DNA of 64,000 nt from Armatimonadota bacterium. GTDB lineage: Bacteria > Armatimonadota > UBA5829. The stretch is from assembly GCA_029907315.1 (NCBI GenBank), contig JARYME010000001.1:15613-79612 (forward strand). The letters run 5' to 3'. Shown here in pieces: positions 8,734 through 17,207 of the stretch. Within the stretch, counting starts at the first letter, position 1; the number at the start of each line of letters is the position of its first letter. The notes beneath the pieces are model-generated. The model worked only from the letters and a program-made list of their open reading frames with translations, was not told where the DNA came from and ran no database searches. The position numbers and the translations under genes were made by a program.

Positions 8734-9601
8734 CCTGTATGATATGATGCAGCGCTGCACCCTCTGTCCGCGCCGATGTGGCGTAGACAGACTGAAGGGC
8801 GAATCGGGCGTGTGCGGAATAGGCGCTGATGCGGTTGTATCAAGTTACGGCCCGCATTTTGGCGAGGAGTCTGTGCTGGTCGGCCGCTGTGGATCGGGTA
8901 CGATATTCTTTGCCGGTTGCAACCTCAAATGCGTCTTTTGTCAGAACTACGATATCAGTCACCTGCGCCGCGGTGGTGTTGTTACAACGGGTGAGTTGGC
9001 TGGTATGATGCTGCGGTTGGCAGAGCGAGGTTGCCACAACATAAACTTAGTTACACCCACCCATCAAGTTGCGCGCATAGCTGAAGCACTCTCTATTGCT
9101 CGTGGAATGGGCTTAGAAGTGCCGGTAGTATACAACTGCGGTGGGTATGAGTCGGTGGATGTGCTGAAGCTGCTTGAAGGTTTTGTGGACATTTACATGC
9201 CCGATATCAAGTACGGCGACAATGAACCCGGCAAAAAGTATTCCGGCGTCTCGGACTATTGGGACAGGTGCCGCGAGGCAGTTCGCGAGATGCATCGACA
9301 AGTCGGAGACTTGCAGGTTTCAAGCCAGCCAATTGGTGCGGGCCAAACCGTCTCTCTCGCAACCAAGGGTTTACTCGTGCGCCATTTGGTGATGCCAAAC
9401 AACATCGCCCGCACGGACAAGGTCCTCGAGTTTCTAGCCAACGAGATCAGCAAAGACACTTACGTCAACATAATGTCTCAGTACAGACCAGAGTGGCAAG
9501 CTTCTAGGTTTCCCGAGCTTAACCGTCGGATTACGCATGCGGAGTACGTGGAGGCTTTCCGTAAAGCCGAACAATTGGGTCTTCATCGGTTTGCGGATTA
9601 A
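8702..9601 (+). CDS. Radical SAM protein, PflX-like (COG1313, pyruvate formate-lyase activase homolog)
   Basis: A CNLKCVFCQN radical SAM motif preceded by an N-terminal CxxC (CTLCPRRCGV) as in PflX. The start at 8702 (MSEVWAERI...) overlaps surE by 32 nt. Confidence 0.6.
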   Translation: MSEVWAERIASLYDMMQRCTLCPRRCGVDRLKGESGVCGIGADAVVSSYGPHFGEESVLVGRCGSGTIFFAGCNLKCVFCQNYDISHLRRGGVVTTGELAGMMLRLAERGCHNINLVTPTHQVARIAEALSIARGMGLEVPVVYNCGGYESVDVLKLLEGFVDIYMPDIKYGDNEPGKKYSGVSDYWDRCREAVREMHRQVGDLQVSSQPIGAGQTVSLATKGLLVRHLVMPNNIARTDKVLEFLANEISKDTYVNIMSQYRPEWQASRFPELNRRITHAEYVEAFRKAEQLGLHRFAD

Positions 9602-9619
9602 CTGTTATGCACGCAGGAA

Positions 9620-10918
9620 ATGCGTCAATCTTCGCCGAAACCAAGAGACAAACACACAGGTTCCGGTGAATTGATAGGCCTGCACAAGCGCACGTCCAGG
9701 GGTTTGAACCCGCTTCTAGGTGGACTCAGCGGTGCCGTAGTTGCACTTGTCCTAGCTTATGTGGGGTCCTACCTGCAGACGCGTTTCGGTTTCGGCGTGG
9801 TGGGAACTCGTGGCAGCCGCGTTACAGGGGCCGAGGTTTTTGTTCGGTCTGCGTTGAACTTATATGCCTTGCACCACGTGCCCTTAGAGGGTACAGGGCA
9901 GATTCACGACTCATTTGGCAGTGTAGTCCGCGTCAGTGCTTCAATTGTGCTGCCTTTGACAGTTTGGAGTGTTATTCCGCTTGCTGCACTTCTGGTTGGT
10001 GGGTTTGCTGTCGGTTCGGGAAGACCAGACGCGGGCTACAAAAGAACTATTCTTTGCGGTGTTTTTTGCGGCATCCTGTATGGCGCCGCTCTTGGCTGTT
10101 TGACGCCGTTGGTTCGCGGCAAACTGGACTTCTTTCTATTACCGCAAGTGGGCGGACTGGCGCCGAATCCTCCACCAATTGAGTTCTATCCCTCTGCATC
10201 AGGTGCTCTGCTTAACGGATGTAGCTTCGGTGCTGCGTTTTCGATGCTTGGTGCACTTTTTGCGGCGAGTCGGCTGCACCGCAAGCGGGGCCGTTCGAGC
10301 AAGTGGTGGGCGTGCGGCAAGGCTGTATTCGTGTGCGCATTGATTGTCCAAACACTCTTCGCTCTGGCTCTTCTTGGCTATGTTCTATTCGAATCTGAGA
10401 GCGCGGAGGCATCAAATCAGCGCATCGTTGAAATGCTGCCGACGGCTGCAGGGTTGGGTTACTCAATGATACATGGCGCAGCCCTGATAAGTAGCGTGGA
10501 ATCACAGCTTAAGGGAGGGCCCGTACAGAAGGCTTTTTACGCTCGGGTCGATTTGTACGGTGTTATCCAGAAGGGGAATGAGACCAGACGTGTAGATACT
10601 GCTTTACGCATCGTCGCATTGTTCGTTGTTGCCGCAGTCGGGGTAGTTGGCGGTCGTTTGGCCGTGCGATGGGGTTCGGTCGACGGTTCGCTCCCCACAG
10701 GATTCCGTTGTGCATTACTGCACAGCGCTTACCTAAGTTTGCTACCCAAATTATGCAGTATGTTCTTGCGCCAATCGGATCCCATCTCGTCGGTGAGCAT
10801 ATCCATTGGCGCATTGTTCGGATGGCGCCTGTTGGTGTCGTTCGGCTGCGTGTTGGTCTGCGCCATAATAGGCGCACAGTCTTATCGCAGGAGCCGCTTA
10901 TTCGTTCAGCCGTCATGA
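9620..10918 (+). CDS. Hypothetical polytopic membrane protein
   Basis: 432-aa ORF with many hydrophobic segments and no recognisable motif. It is translationally coupled (ATGA) to the downstream HExxH gene. Confidence 0.4.
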   Translation: MRQSSPKPRDKHTGSGELIGLHKRTSRGLNPLLGGLSGAVVALVLAYVGSYLQTRFGFGVVGTRGSRVTGAEVFVRSALNLYALHHVPLEGTGQIHDSFGSVVRVSASIVLPLTVWSVIPLAALLVGGFAVGSGRPDAGYKRTILCGVFCGILYGAALGCLTPLVRGKLDFFLLPQVGGLAPNPPPIEFYPSASGALLNGCSFGAAFSMLGALFAASRLHRKRGRSSKWWACGKAVFVCALIVQTLFALALLGYVLFESESAEASNQRIVEMLPTAAGLGYSMIHGAALISSVESQLKGGPVQKAFYARVDLYGVIQKGNETRRVDTALRIVALFVVAAVGVVGGRLAVRWGSVDGSLPTGFRCALLHSAYLSLLPKLCSMFLRQSDPISSVSISIGALFGWRLLVSFGCVLVCAIIGAQSYRRSRLFVQPS

Positions 10919-11373
10919 TAATTCGCAACCTCACAAACTACGACGTAGAGGATCTAATCCAAACGGCGGTTCAGGAGTTTCCCGCACACGACTTGCGCGA
11001 GTTGGCTGTAGAGATTAAGTATTGCCCTAGGACGTCGCGTCAGTTTGCGTCGGGAACCTATTACCGGTGTGCAAAAGGTCGACCTGATGGACGATTGATC
11101 AGAGTTCGCATCAACCGTGCCAACGTATACCCAGTTGTTGTCCACTTTCGAACATCTCAGTACTATAGGGAAAAGAATTCTCGTGGTCAGGAGATGGTGT
11201 ACCAGAAGCTGGAGACTGTTTCTCTTCGCTCGCCTGAGCATCTCGTGTTGGCTATCTTCCTGCATGAGTTTTCTCACTTTCTCGACCATTTGGCGGGTAG
11301 AAACGGCAGGTACAAGCAGACAAAGGCAGACAAGTTTGCATTTCAGAAGCTGAAGGCCCTGGGGGTACTGTGA
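10915..11373 (+). CDS. Small HExxH-motif protein (putative zinc-metallopeptidase-like, family not recognised)
   Basis: 152 aa with LHEFSHFLDH near the C-terminus. The ATG at 10915 overlaps the upstream stop. The longer ORF-track start at 10669 lies inside the preceding gene and looks like an artifact. Confidence 0.45.
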   Translation: MIIRNLTNYDVEDLIQTAVQEFPAHDLRELAVEIKYCPRTSRQFASGTYYRCAKGRPDGRLIRVRINRANVYPVVVHFRTSQYYREKNSRGQEMVYQKLETVSLRSPEHLVLAIFLHEFSHFLDHLAGRNGRYKQTKADKFAFQKLKALGVL

Positions 11374-11438
11374 TAACAGATTGATTGTTCAGCTCGATAT
11401 TGTCAGCGCTTCAAGGAAACTGCTTCGGGGGTGAATGT

Positions 11439-11645
11439 ATGGATTACCGTCAAGGCGATGAAATCGAAGTCGTTATTGACAGGGAAGGACTAGGTGTCGA
11501 TCAAGGCGTTGGACACCTGCCTGACAATACTCTGGTAGTCATTGTCGGTGCTGCTGGTAAAGTAGGGCAGTCTGTTCAAGCGACCATCGTTGCTGTGGAG
11601 AGAACACCTCTAGGAGCATCTATACTGGCAAACGCCAAGAGCTAA
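11439..11645 (+). CDS. TRAM-domain protein (small nucleic-acid-binding beta-barrel)
   Basis: About 68 aa, MDYRQGDEIEVVIDREGLGVDQGVGHLPDNTLVVIVGAAGKVGQSV..., resembling stand-alone TRAM domains. A GGGGG RBS lies 8 nt upstream of the ATG. Confidence 0.5.
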   Translation: MDYRQGDEIEVVIDREGLGVDQGVGHLPDNTLVVIVGAAGKVGQSVQATIVAVERTPLGASILANAKS

Positions 11646-11722
11646 TCCTTTTCTTCAAACGCCCTTTACAAAGAATCTCGCGCTCGCGCAGTTTCTGTTC
11701 AATACAGAGTGCTCACAGTCGA

Positions 11723-12389
11723 CTAGATCTTTCTGCCGGCAAATATCTCCCGAAGTTCTTTTTCCCTTTCTGCCTTTATCATTGCGATCACGCTGTCGCC
11801 CGGGCGTAGCTTGGTGTCGGAATGAGGAATCAAGGCGTGGTCGTCGCGAATCACCGATATAATAAGCGTGTTGGGCGGCAATTCCAGTTGGCCGATGCGC
11901 ATTCCGGCTACTGGGGAGTCGGGCGTTATGTCAGCTTCGACTACCTCTATCTCGCCTCTTTTGAGTGCAGCTAGAGGTATGATTTGACTTGTCTCAATCT
12001 GTTGTTCGATTAGGTTGAAGATTATTCTCGTACTGGAAACCGTTTGGTCAATTCCCAGTTCTTGGAATAGAGCTTCGTTCTTGGGGTCATTTACGCGAGC
12101 AATCGTCCGTGGAACGCCGAACTTTCGTTTTGCCATCTGGCAGATTACCAGGTTGTCCTCGTCGTCACCGGTAACTGCTACTACGACATTGGCTCTACCC
12201 ATCCCGGCCTCGGCCATCGAGCGAACTTCGCAGCCATCCGCGTGCATTACTATGTCGCCAAGCTCTTCCGCGAGGGCCTCAGCAGTCTTTCGGTCCTTTT
12301 CCATCACGAGAACCTCGTGCCCTTCTTGTAGCAACTGCTTGGCGAGGTAATATCCGACCTTTCCCGCGCCCACTACAATCACATACATT
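11723..12389 (-). CDS. trkA: TrkA/KtrA-type potassium uptake regulatory protein (RCK N + C domains)
   Basis: MYVIVVGAGKVGYYLAKQLLQEGHEVLVMEKD Rossmann motif followed by a TrkA-C-like domain. It lies immediately downstream of the first RCK gene. Confidence 0.7.
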
Positions 12390-12392
12390 GCG

Positions 12393-12869
12393 CTAGCGCC
12401 GCTCATGCTCGCCCTCCATAGAAGCATTGGTGATGCCCAGCCGCAGGTATTCCTCAAACGTGCTGAACTCTCTGCCTAGGACCTTGTCGCGAATAAGCCC
12501 TGCACCGACACAAGTCGTACACACGGTCTCTATACCCAGCTCAGCATAAGCTGCTGCGCGTATGGGGTCGTAAATGCGGGCTACAACTTTGGGAACCTTG
12601 AAGCGCACCTTCGCCAGCTGGACCGACATAATGTTTCGGTTGTCGCCGTTGGTCACAGCCACGAACGCGTCGGCGCGGTCAAGCTCTGCGCGGCGCAGAG
12701 TATCTTCGTCGATACCGTTGCCAACAATTGTCTTGCCCGAAAAGTCAGACGACAAACGTCTGAAAGCATCCGCGTTTTGATCTATTATAGTGACGTCGTG
12801 TCCTTCGCGGGACATTACGCTCGCAATGGTGGAGCCGACTCGCCCACACCCGAGGATTACAATCTTCAT
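12393..12869 (-). CDS. TrkA-N (RCK N-terminal, NAD-binding) domain protein, potassium-transport regulatory subunit-like
   Basis: MKIVILGCGRVGSTIASVMSREGHDVTIID Rossmann motif; 158 aa, N domain only. Confidence 0.65.
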   Translation of the reverse strand: MKIVILGCGRVGSTIASVMSREGHDVTIIDQNADAFRRLSSDFSGKTIVGNGIDEDTLRRAELDRADAFVAVTNGDNRNIMSVQLAKVRFKVPKVVARIYDPIRAAAYAELGIETVCTTCVGAGLIRDKVLGREFSTFEEYLRLGITNASMEGEHERR

Positions 12870-13037
12870 GGTGGCTAATTGCCTCCGTTACTTCGAAATC
12901 CGGTGGCCAGGCACCACAGGTGGTCAAAGGGGTCTGACAAAACAAGTGTACACCTGCACCGCCATAGTGTCAACAAGCGACCTCAGCCAATCATCTATGC
13001 CAACTTTGAATCTGATGCCGTGGACATCGCTGGCTTT

Positions 13038-16000
13038 TTATCTTGCCAAGGTTACCTCAGCTGCAACCTGAGAACCAAGCTTGCGTAGTTGGGTAGGGGC
13101 TGCAATGATTCGAAGATCAAAAGCCGATTCGTTCGACGCTTTCAGTCTCGGTAGCTCTTCTTTGCGAAGAGCAAGCCAGCGCCCGTCTGAGATCTCGCCA
13201 GCCTCGACTGCAAGCTCTTTGCTGGCGAACTCGAGAACAAGCTCCGAGGGTCCGAACGGCAACCATATCATTTCTCGGGATTTGGCGAGCGGCTTTCCAT
13301 CAGCCGACAGCAGCGCCCAATGGCCCTTACCGCGCAAAGCAGTATCACCGAAACAGGCGTCCCCGTTAGACTCTATTCCAACCACGCGGCCGTGCATATC
13401 AAAGCGGACCATTCCAGTGCCGTTGGGTTCCAGGCTGACCTTCGCCAGTTCGCAGCCGGGCTCTGATATACTCACTTGTAGGGGTTTGGAGCCAGGGTTG
13501 ACCAGTAGAATCGTTCGGGCTCCACTATCCTCAAATATGCGGAATGCGTGCCCACCAGTCGCACCGATGCGCGCCTCACCAAAAGCGGTGGCTCTAAAAG
13601 TTTTACCAACGCTGAACCAAGGTTGAGGGCTGAAATAGACTGAGCCTTTCCCCACGAAGTTTCGGTACCCTGCTCCGGTTGGTATGGCCGTAACGGGTTC
13701 GACGTTGATACAAAGTTCTTGCCCATTTGACCAGCCGACATCGCTGTAGTTTTCGGAAACGAACCGCACTCCGCACAGTTCCGTAAGCCGCTTCAATCTG
13801 TCTCGTTTACGCAGCGGACCGTAACTAACATCTCCCGTGATCATTAACGTTCCGCCAGATTCGACGAACGACTTGAGTCGAGCGTACATAGAGTCCGGAA
13901 TTGCGTAGGGGATCGGATAGACGAGCACTCTTGCCGATGAAGGCAGCTTGTCCAGGTTGCGGTCGTCGATCGTTCCAAAATCGATGCGTGCGTCGAGCAA
14001 GGCGTTGACCGCGTTGTAGATCATTCGGATTGCCTCACCTTGTCTGCCTCCTAGCATTTGGTCGACAGGTACCACCAAATAGACACTGGGTTCTTTGTAT
14101 ACCGGTCGAACGCTGCGGAGCATAATGCTTTGGTTGCGATAGGCGAGAAGAATGTCCTTCGGAGGTCCGCCGCAGCTGTAGTTAACGCCCCACGGAAACA
14201 CCACATCATCCATGTCCTTCCAACACCAATTGGAGATGAATGAACCGCCTTCTCCAAAGATGTAATGACCAGTGATCAGGTAGCGGCTGAAGTCTTGGTT
14301 AGGGTTGTCTGCGCCGTGGGTGCGCTTGTCGTGATCAACAACGGAGCCGAACTCTCCCAGGCTGATCGACTTACCTTCGAAGCGGCGGTCAAACATTTTG
14401 AAGTCGCAACGAAGCACATCAGGCGTATTGTAGCTGTGCATGTTTGCGAAATCCAATCCACCTGTGCACAGGAGTTTATTCATAGCCCAGTACTCTTGCA
14501 GATAGCCGCAGGTGAGCGGCATATTGGGAGCGGCTTCCTTTATTCCTATTCGTGTGGCTTCTACCCAGCGGTTAATGAGGTAGTTTCTGAATTCGTCGGC
14601 GTCGCGGGTCCGAATATCGTTCCACGCACGTGTGCCTGCAGCGTATGGAATGAAACCAATGGGTCCTTCGGGCGCGGACACATACCATGCTGCGCGAAGT
14701 GCTTCATCACTGACGTATCTATGGCGGAGCCAATCATTCCAAAGTTTTTCTATGTGCTGGGCGTGTCCTGACTTCCTCTCCCACGGCATTGGTACAATTG
14801 GTTCGTTCCTGACATCTACCCATATGCCTGGTACGTCCCGATAGCGTTTGGCTATGATATTGGCAACACGGCGCTGTATCTCCAGTTCGGCATCACTCGC
14901 CTCAACTTGTGCCCAGTCTTGGACGTCCAAGTGAAGTATCACATGGTGTTTTTGACAAGCCTGAACGAGAGCGTCTAGAGAACGCTCCAAACGCAGCGGT
15001 AGGTTGCAGATGCTCGGATCTGGATCTTTCCATCTGAGCTTTTCATCCGCGAAGGGCGAAATGTGCAAGATACGTAGAATATTCAGTCCACTGTCGCGCA
15101 TGCGCTGAAGGTCGCGGTCCCACGTGAGTGGGTTCTCGTTTTCAGACATCAGCATTGCGCCAGTAACATTGGTACCCGAGAGCAGTACAGGTCTCTCGCC
15201 ATCACAGACGTAGTTGTCTCGCCATCGAACCTTAAACCCAGTGGTGATCGCGCTCATGCTTCGCGCTGCGAAGCCGGTTTCGATTTCATCTATCTTTCTC
15301 TCGTTGACGATCAGTTCGGCCGTTGCGCGGTACAAATCTCTTGAAAACCTACTCGGTTTCCATTCGGTGCTTACGGATTGAGTGGAACCGGCTGCCAGCG
15401 CTACTCTGATAGGCGAACATACATACACCTGATTGCTTGCACGATCGAGTATTCGGAAAACTACTTTGCCGCGGACGTCGCAGCGGCCGAAATTAGCAGC
15501 GGTGCAGCTGAGCCTGACGGTTTCACCGTTCTCATAGAGCGGAAGGTTGGTTGCAAACGAGTGCAAGAAAACTCTTGCGACAAGGGCGTCCACTATGGCT
15601 CCGAGAAACGGAAGCAGCGGACCGCCAGGACTAAACAAATCTCTGTTTGTCACGCCGAAGAATGCCCACGCGGAGCCCGCGTACGGTCCCGCGTAGATGT
15701 AAGCAATCGAACCCACATCGCCGCGCAGTCGGCCGAATGAGTCGCAAGCCTGCACGATAGAGACGTGGCGGCCCCACTTGTCAGCCCAAATCGGGTGGTT
15801 GCTACCCAGCATGGAACAAGCTGAATAGCCTTGAAGTTCACCATTCCACTTAAATGGCGGAATAATGCTTTGTCCTGGGGTTGCGCGCAGACCTGATGCA
15901 TACTTCAGATGATAGCTCGGGTCGAACACCCCGATTTGATCGGGGTCGAGTCCCATAGTGTCTCCTGGGCGACCGAAACGTGTATTAAGTGGACGAGTGA

Positions 16001-16976
16001 TTGGTGTTTCCGCAGAAAGGTCTGCAAGGGTAGTTGCTGCTGATCGAGGTACGAGCCTGCCGTCGGCATCAACGTCACAGGGTTCGTCGAACGCATAACC
16101 GCCCAATGAGAGGAATGTCCCGCCAGACTTGAGATAGGCCTTGATTGATTCGTAAGCTGCGTACGGGTAACTCGGTCCGTACGGAAGCACCAGGCAATCG
16201 AAGTTGTCGCGTTTCAGTATGTTAGGATCTGCCAGGTCGCCGGATTTCAAGTAGGTCACACCGTAGCCGTGCTTTTCCAGCATCGAGCCGAGCGTATTTG
16301 GATCAGCATTTCCCGGTCTTGGTGGAAACGAGTCTCTGAGCACAGCTACACATCCTTTTGGTCCGCGGTTACTCGTCAGGTTGGAAGTGCGAGCCAGTTC
16401 AAATGCCGTGCTGACCTCAACCGTTTGAAAGAAAATATCAGCAATGGAGACGTCGGCATTTCCGCCGCTGAAACCAATGAGAATCTTGTTTACGGTAAGC
16501 GGTTCACGCCTGCCGTTACCGCGGGCTTCGTACGAAAAGCTCGAGATTGGTACAGAAACATGGTGCCAACCAGTGGGGATGTCGCCTATAGGTCGGTCAC
16601 CGATCCTCGCGGCGGCAACATAACCGTCGCCGTCGCTCTCGAACAGCCAGATCCAGAGTTGTGCACCTGGCGAGACACTGTTCACATGCAAGTCTATTTC
16701 GATGGTCGCCGTGTTAGCAGGCAAGGTTATATTTCTAAACGCGTTGCCCCAATTAGCCTGTTCGGTCCTATAGATCAGGCGCAGCGAAGGTTTGTTCTCT
16801 CGGGCGTGTTCATAGTCGGCAGAGATTGCAATCCTTCCACCATCCGGATGCTCGCTCCACTGGTCGGCGCTGTGGAAATCGCTCGGCTTTGCTATTGCGA
16901 AGAATGCCGTCACTGCGAGTGCTACCGTACCCAACTCGTTTCCTCCACCCATTCGATTTGCGCTAGAGCATAACAT
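13038..16976 (-). CDS. Large (1312 aa) secreted glycoside hydrolase, clan GH-A TIM barrel (GH5/GH42-like) with two GH42-trimerisation-like domains and N-terminal beta-sandwich modules
   Basis: An NEP motif (VRNEPIV) as candidate acid/base and GEFG (SLGEFGSV) as candidate nucleophile. Two segments resemble the beta-galactosidase trimerisation (class I GATase-like) domain. The N-terminus is hydrophobic. Confidence 0.55.
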   Translation of the reverse strand: MLCSSANRMGGGNELGTVALAVTAFFAIAKPSDFHSADQWSEHPDGGRIAISADYEHARENKPSLRLIYRTEQANWGNAFRNITLPANTATIEIDLHVNSVSPGAQLWIWLFESDGDGYVAAARIGDRPIGDIPTGWHHVSVPISSFSYEARGNGRREPLTVNKILIGFSGGNADVSIADIFFQTVEVSTAFELARTSNLTSNRGPKGCVAVLRDSFPPRPGNADPNTLGSMLEKHGYGVTYLKSGDLADPNILKRDNFDCLVLPYGPSYPYAAYESIKAYLKSGGTFLSLGGYAFDEPCDVDADGRLVPRSAATTLADLSAETPITRPLNTRFGRPGDTMGLDPDQIGVFDPSYHLKYASGLRATPGQSIIPPFKWNGELQGYSACSMLGSNHPIWADKWGRHVSIVQACDSFGRLRGDVGSIAYIYAGPYAGSAWAFFGVTNRDLFSPGGPLLPFLGAIVDALVARVFLHSFATNLPLYENGETVRLSCTAANFGRCDVRGKVVFRILDRASNQVYVCSPIRVALAAGSTQSVSTEWKPSRFSRDLYRATAELIVNERKIDEIETGFAARSMSAITTGFKVRWRDNYVCDGERPVLLSGTNVTGAMLMSENENPLTWDRDLQRMRDSGLNILRILHISPFADEKLRWKDPDPSICNLPLRLERSLDALVQACQKHHVILHLDVQDWAQVEASDAELEIQRRVANIIAKRYRDVPGIWVDVRNEPIVPMPWERKSGHAQHIEKLWNDWLRHRYVSDEALRAAWYVSAPEGPIGFIPYAAGTRAWNDIRTRDADEFRNYLINRWVEATRIGIKEAAPNMPLTCGYLQEYWAMNKLLCTGGLDFANMHSYNTPDVLRCDFKMFDRRFEGKSISLGEFGSVVDHDKRTHGADNPNQDFSRYLITGHYIFGEGGSFISNWCWKDMDDVVFPWGVNYSCGGPPKDILLAYRNQSIMLRSVRPVYKEPSVYLVVPVDQMLGGRQGEAIRMIYNAVNALLDARIDFGTIDDRNLDKLPSSARVLVYPIPYAIPDSMYARLKSFVESGGTLMITGDVSYGPLRKRDRLKRLTELCGVRFVSENYSDVGWSNGQELCINVEPVTAIPTGAGYRNFVGKGSVYFSPQPWFSVGKTFRATAFGEARIGATGGHAFRIFEDSGARTILLVNPGSKPLQVSISEPGCELAKVSLEPNGTGMVRFDMHGRVVGIESNGDACFGDTALRGKGHWALLSADGKPLAKSREMIWLPFGPSELVLEFASKELAVEAGEISDGRWLALRKEELPRLKASNESAFDLRIIAAPTQLRKLGSQVAAEVTLAR

Positions 16977-17207
16977 AACAACTGACCCCGCGCAATAAAA
17001 GCGACTTGGAATATGCGTGATTGCGGGTTAATCGTGCTAGGTGCAAGGCGTAGGGTGCAAGGAAGGGATTCGGGCGGGACATCTCACTACACAATCATTC
17101 TCTTGCCGAGCCACTTCAAGTATTTCCCACAGCTTGGTAGTCATACTGGAGATGGCACAAATAACAGGAGCAAATATATAGTTGCCTGCGAGGAGGGTAA
17201 AAGCAGG

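Noticed and set aside
9701-9725. A GGTTTGAACCC segment resembling a tRNA T-arm
   Set aside because: There are no acceptor or anticodon arms around it, and it lies inside a coding ORF. It is not a tRNA.
10669-10914. The N-terminal 82 codons of the ORF-track frame 10669-11373
   Set aside because: They overlap the 3' end of the 432-aa membrane-protein gene in another frame. The downstream part has an ATG at 10915 that overlaps the upstream stop (ATGA). The long form is an ORF-finder artifact.
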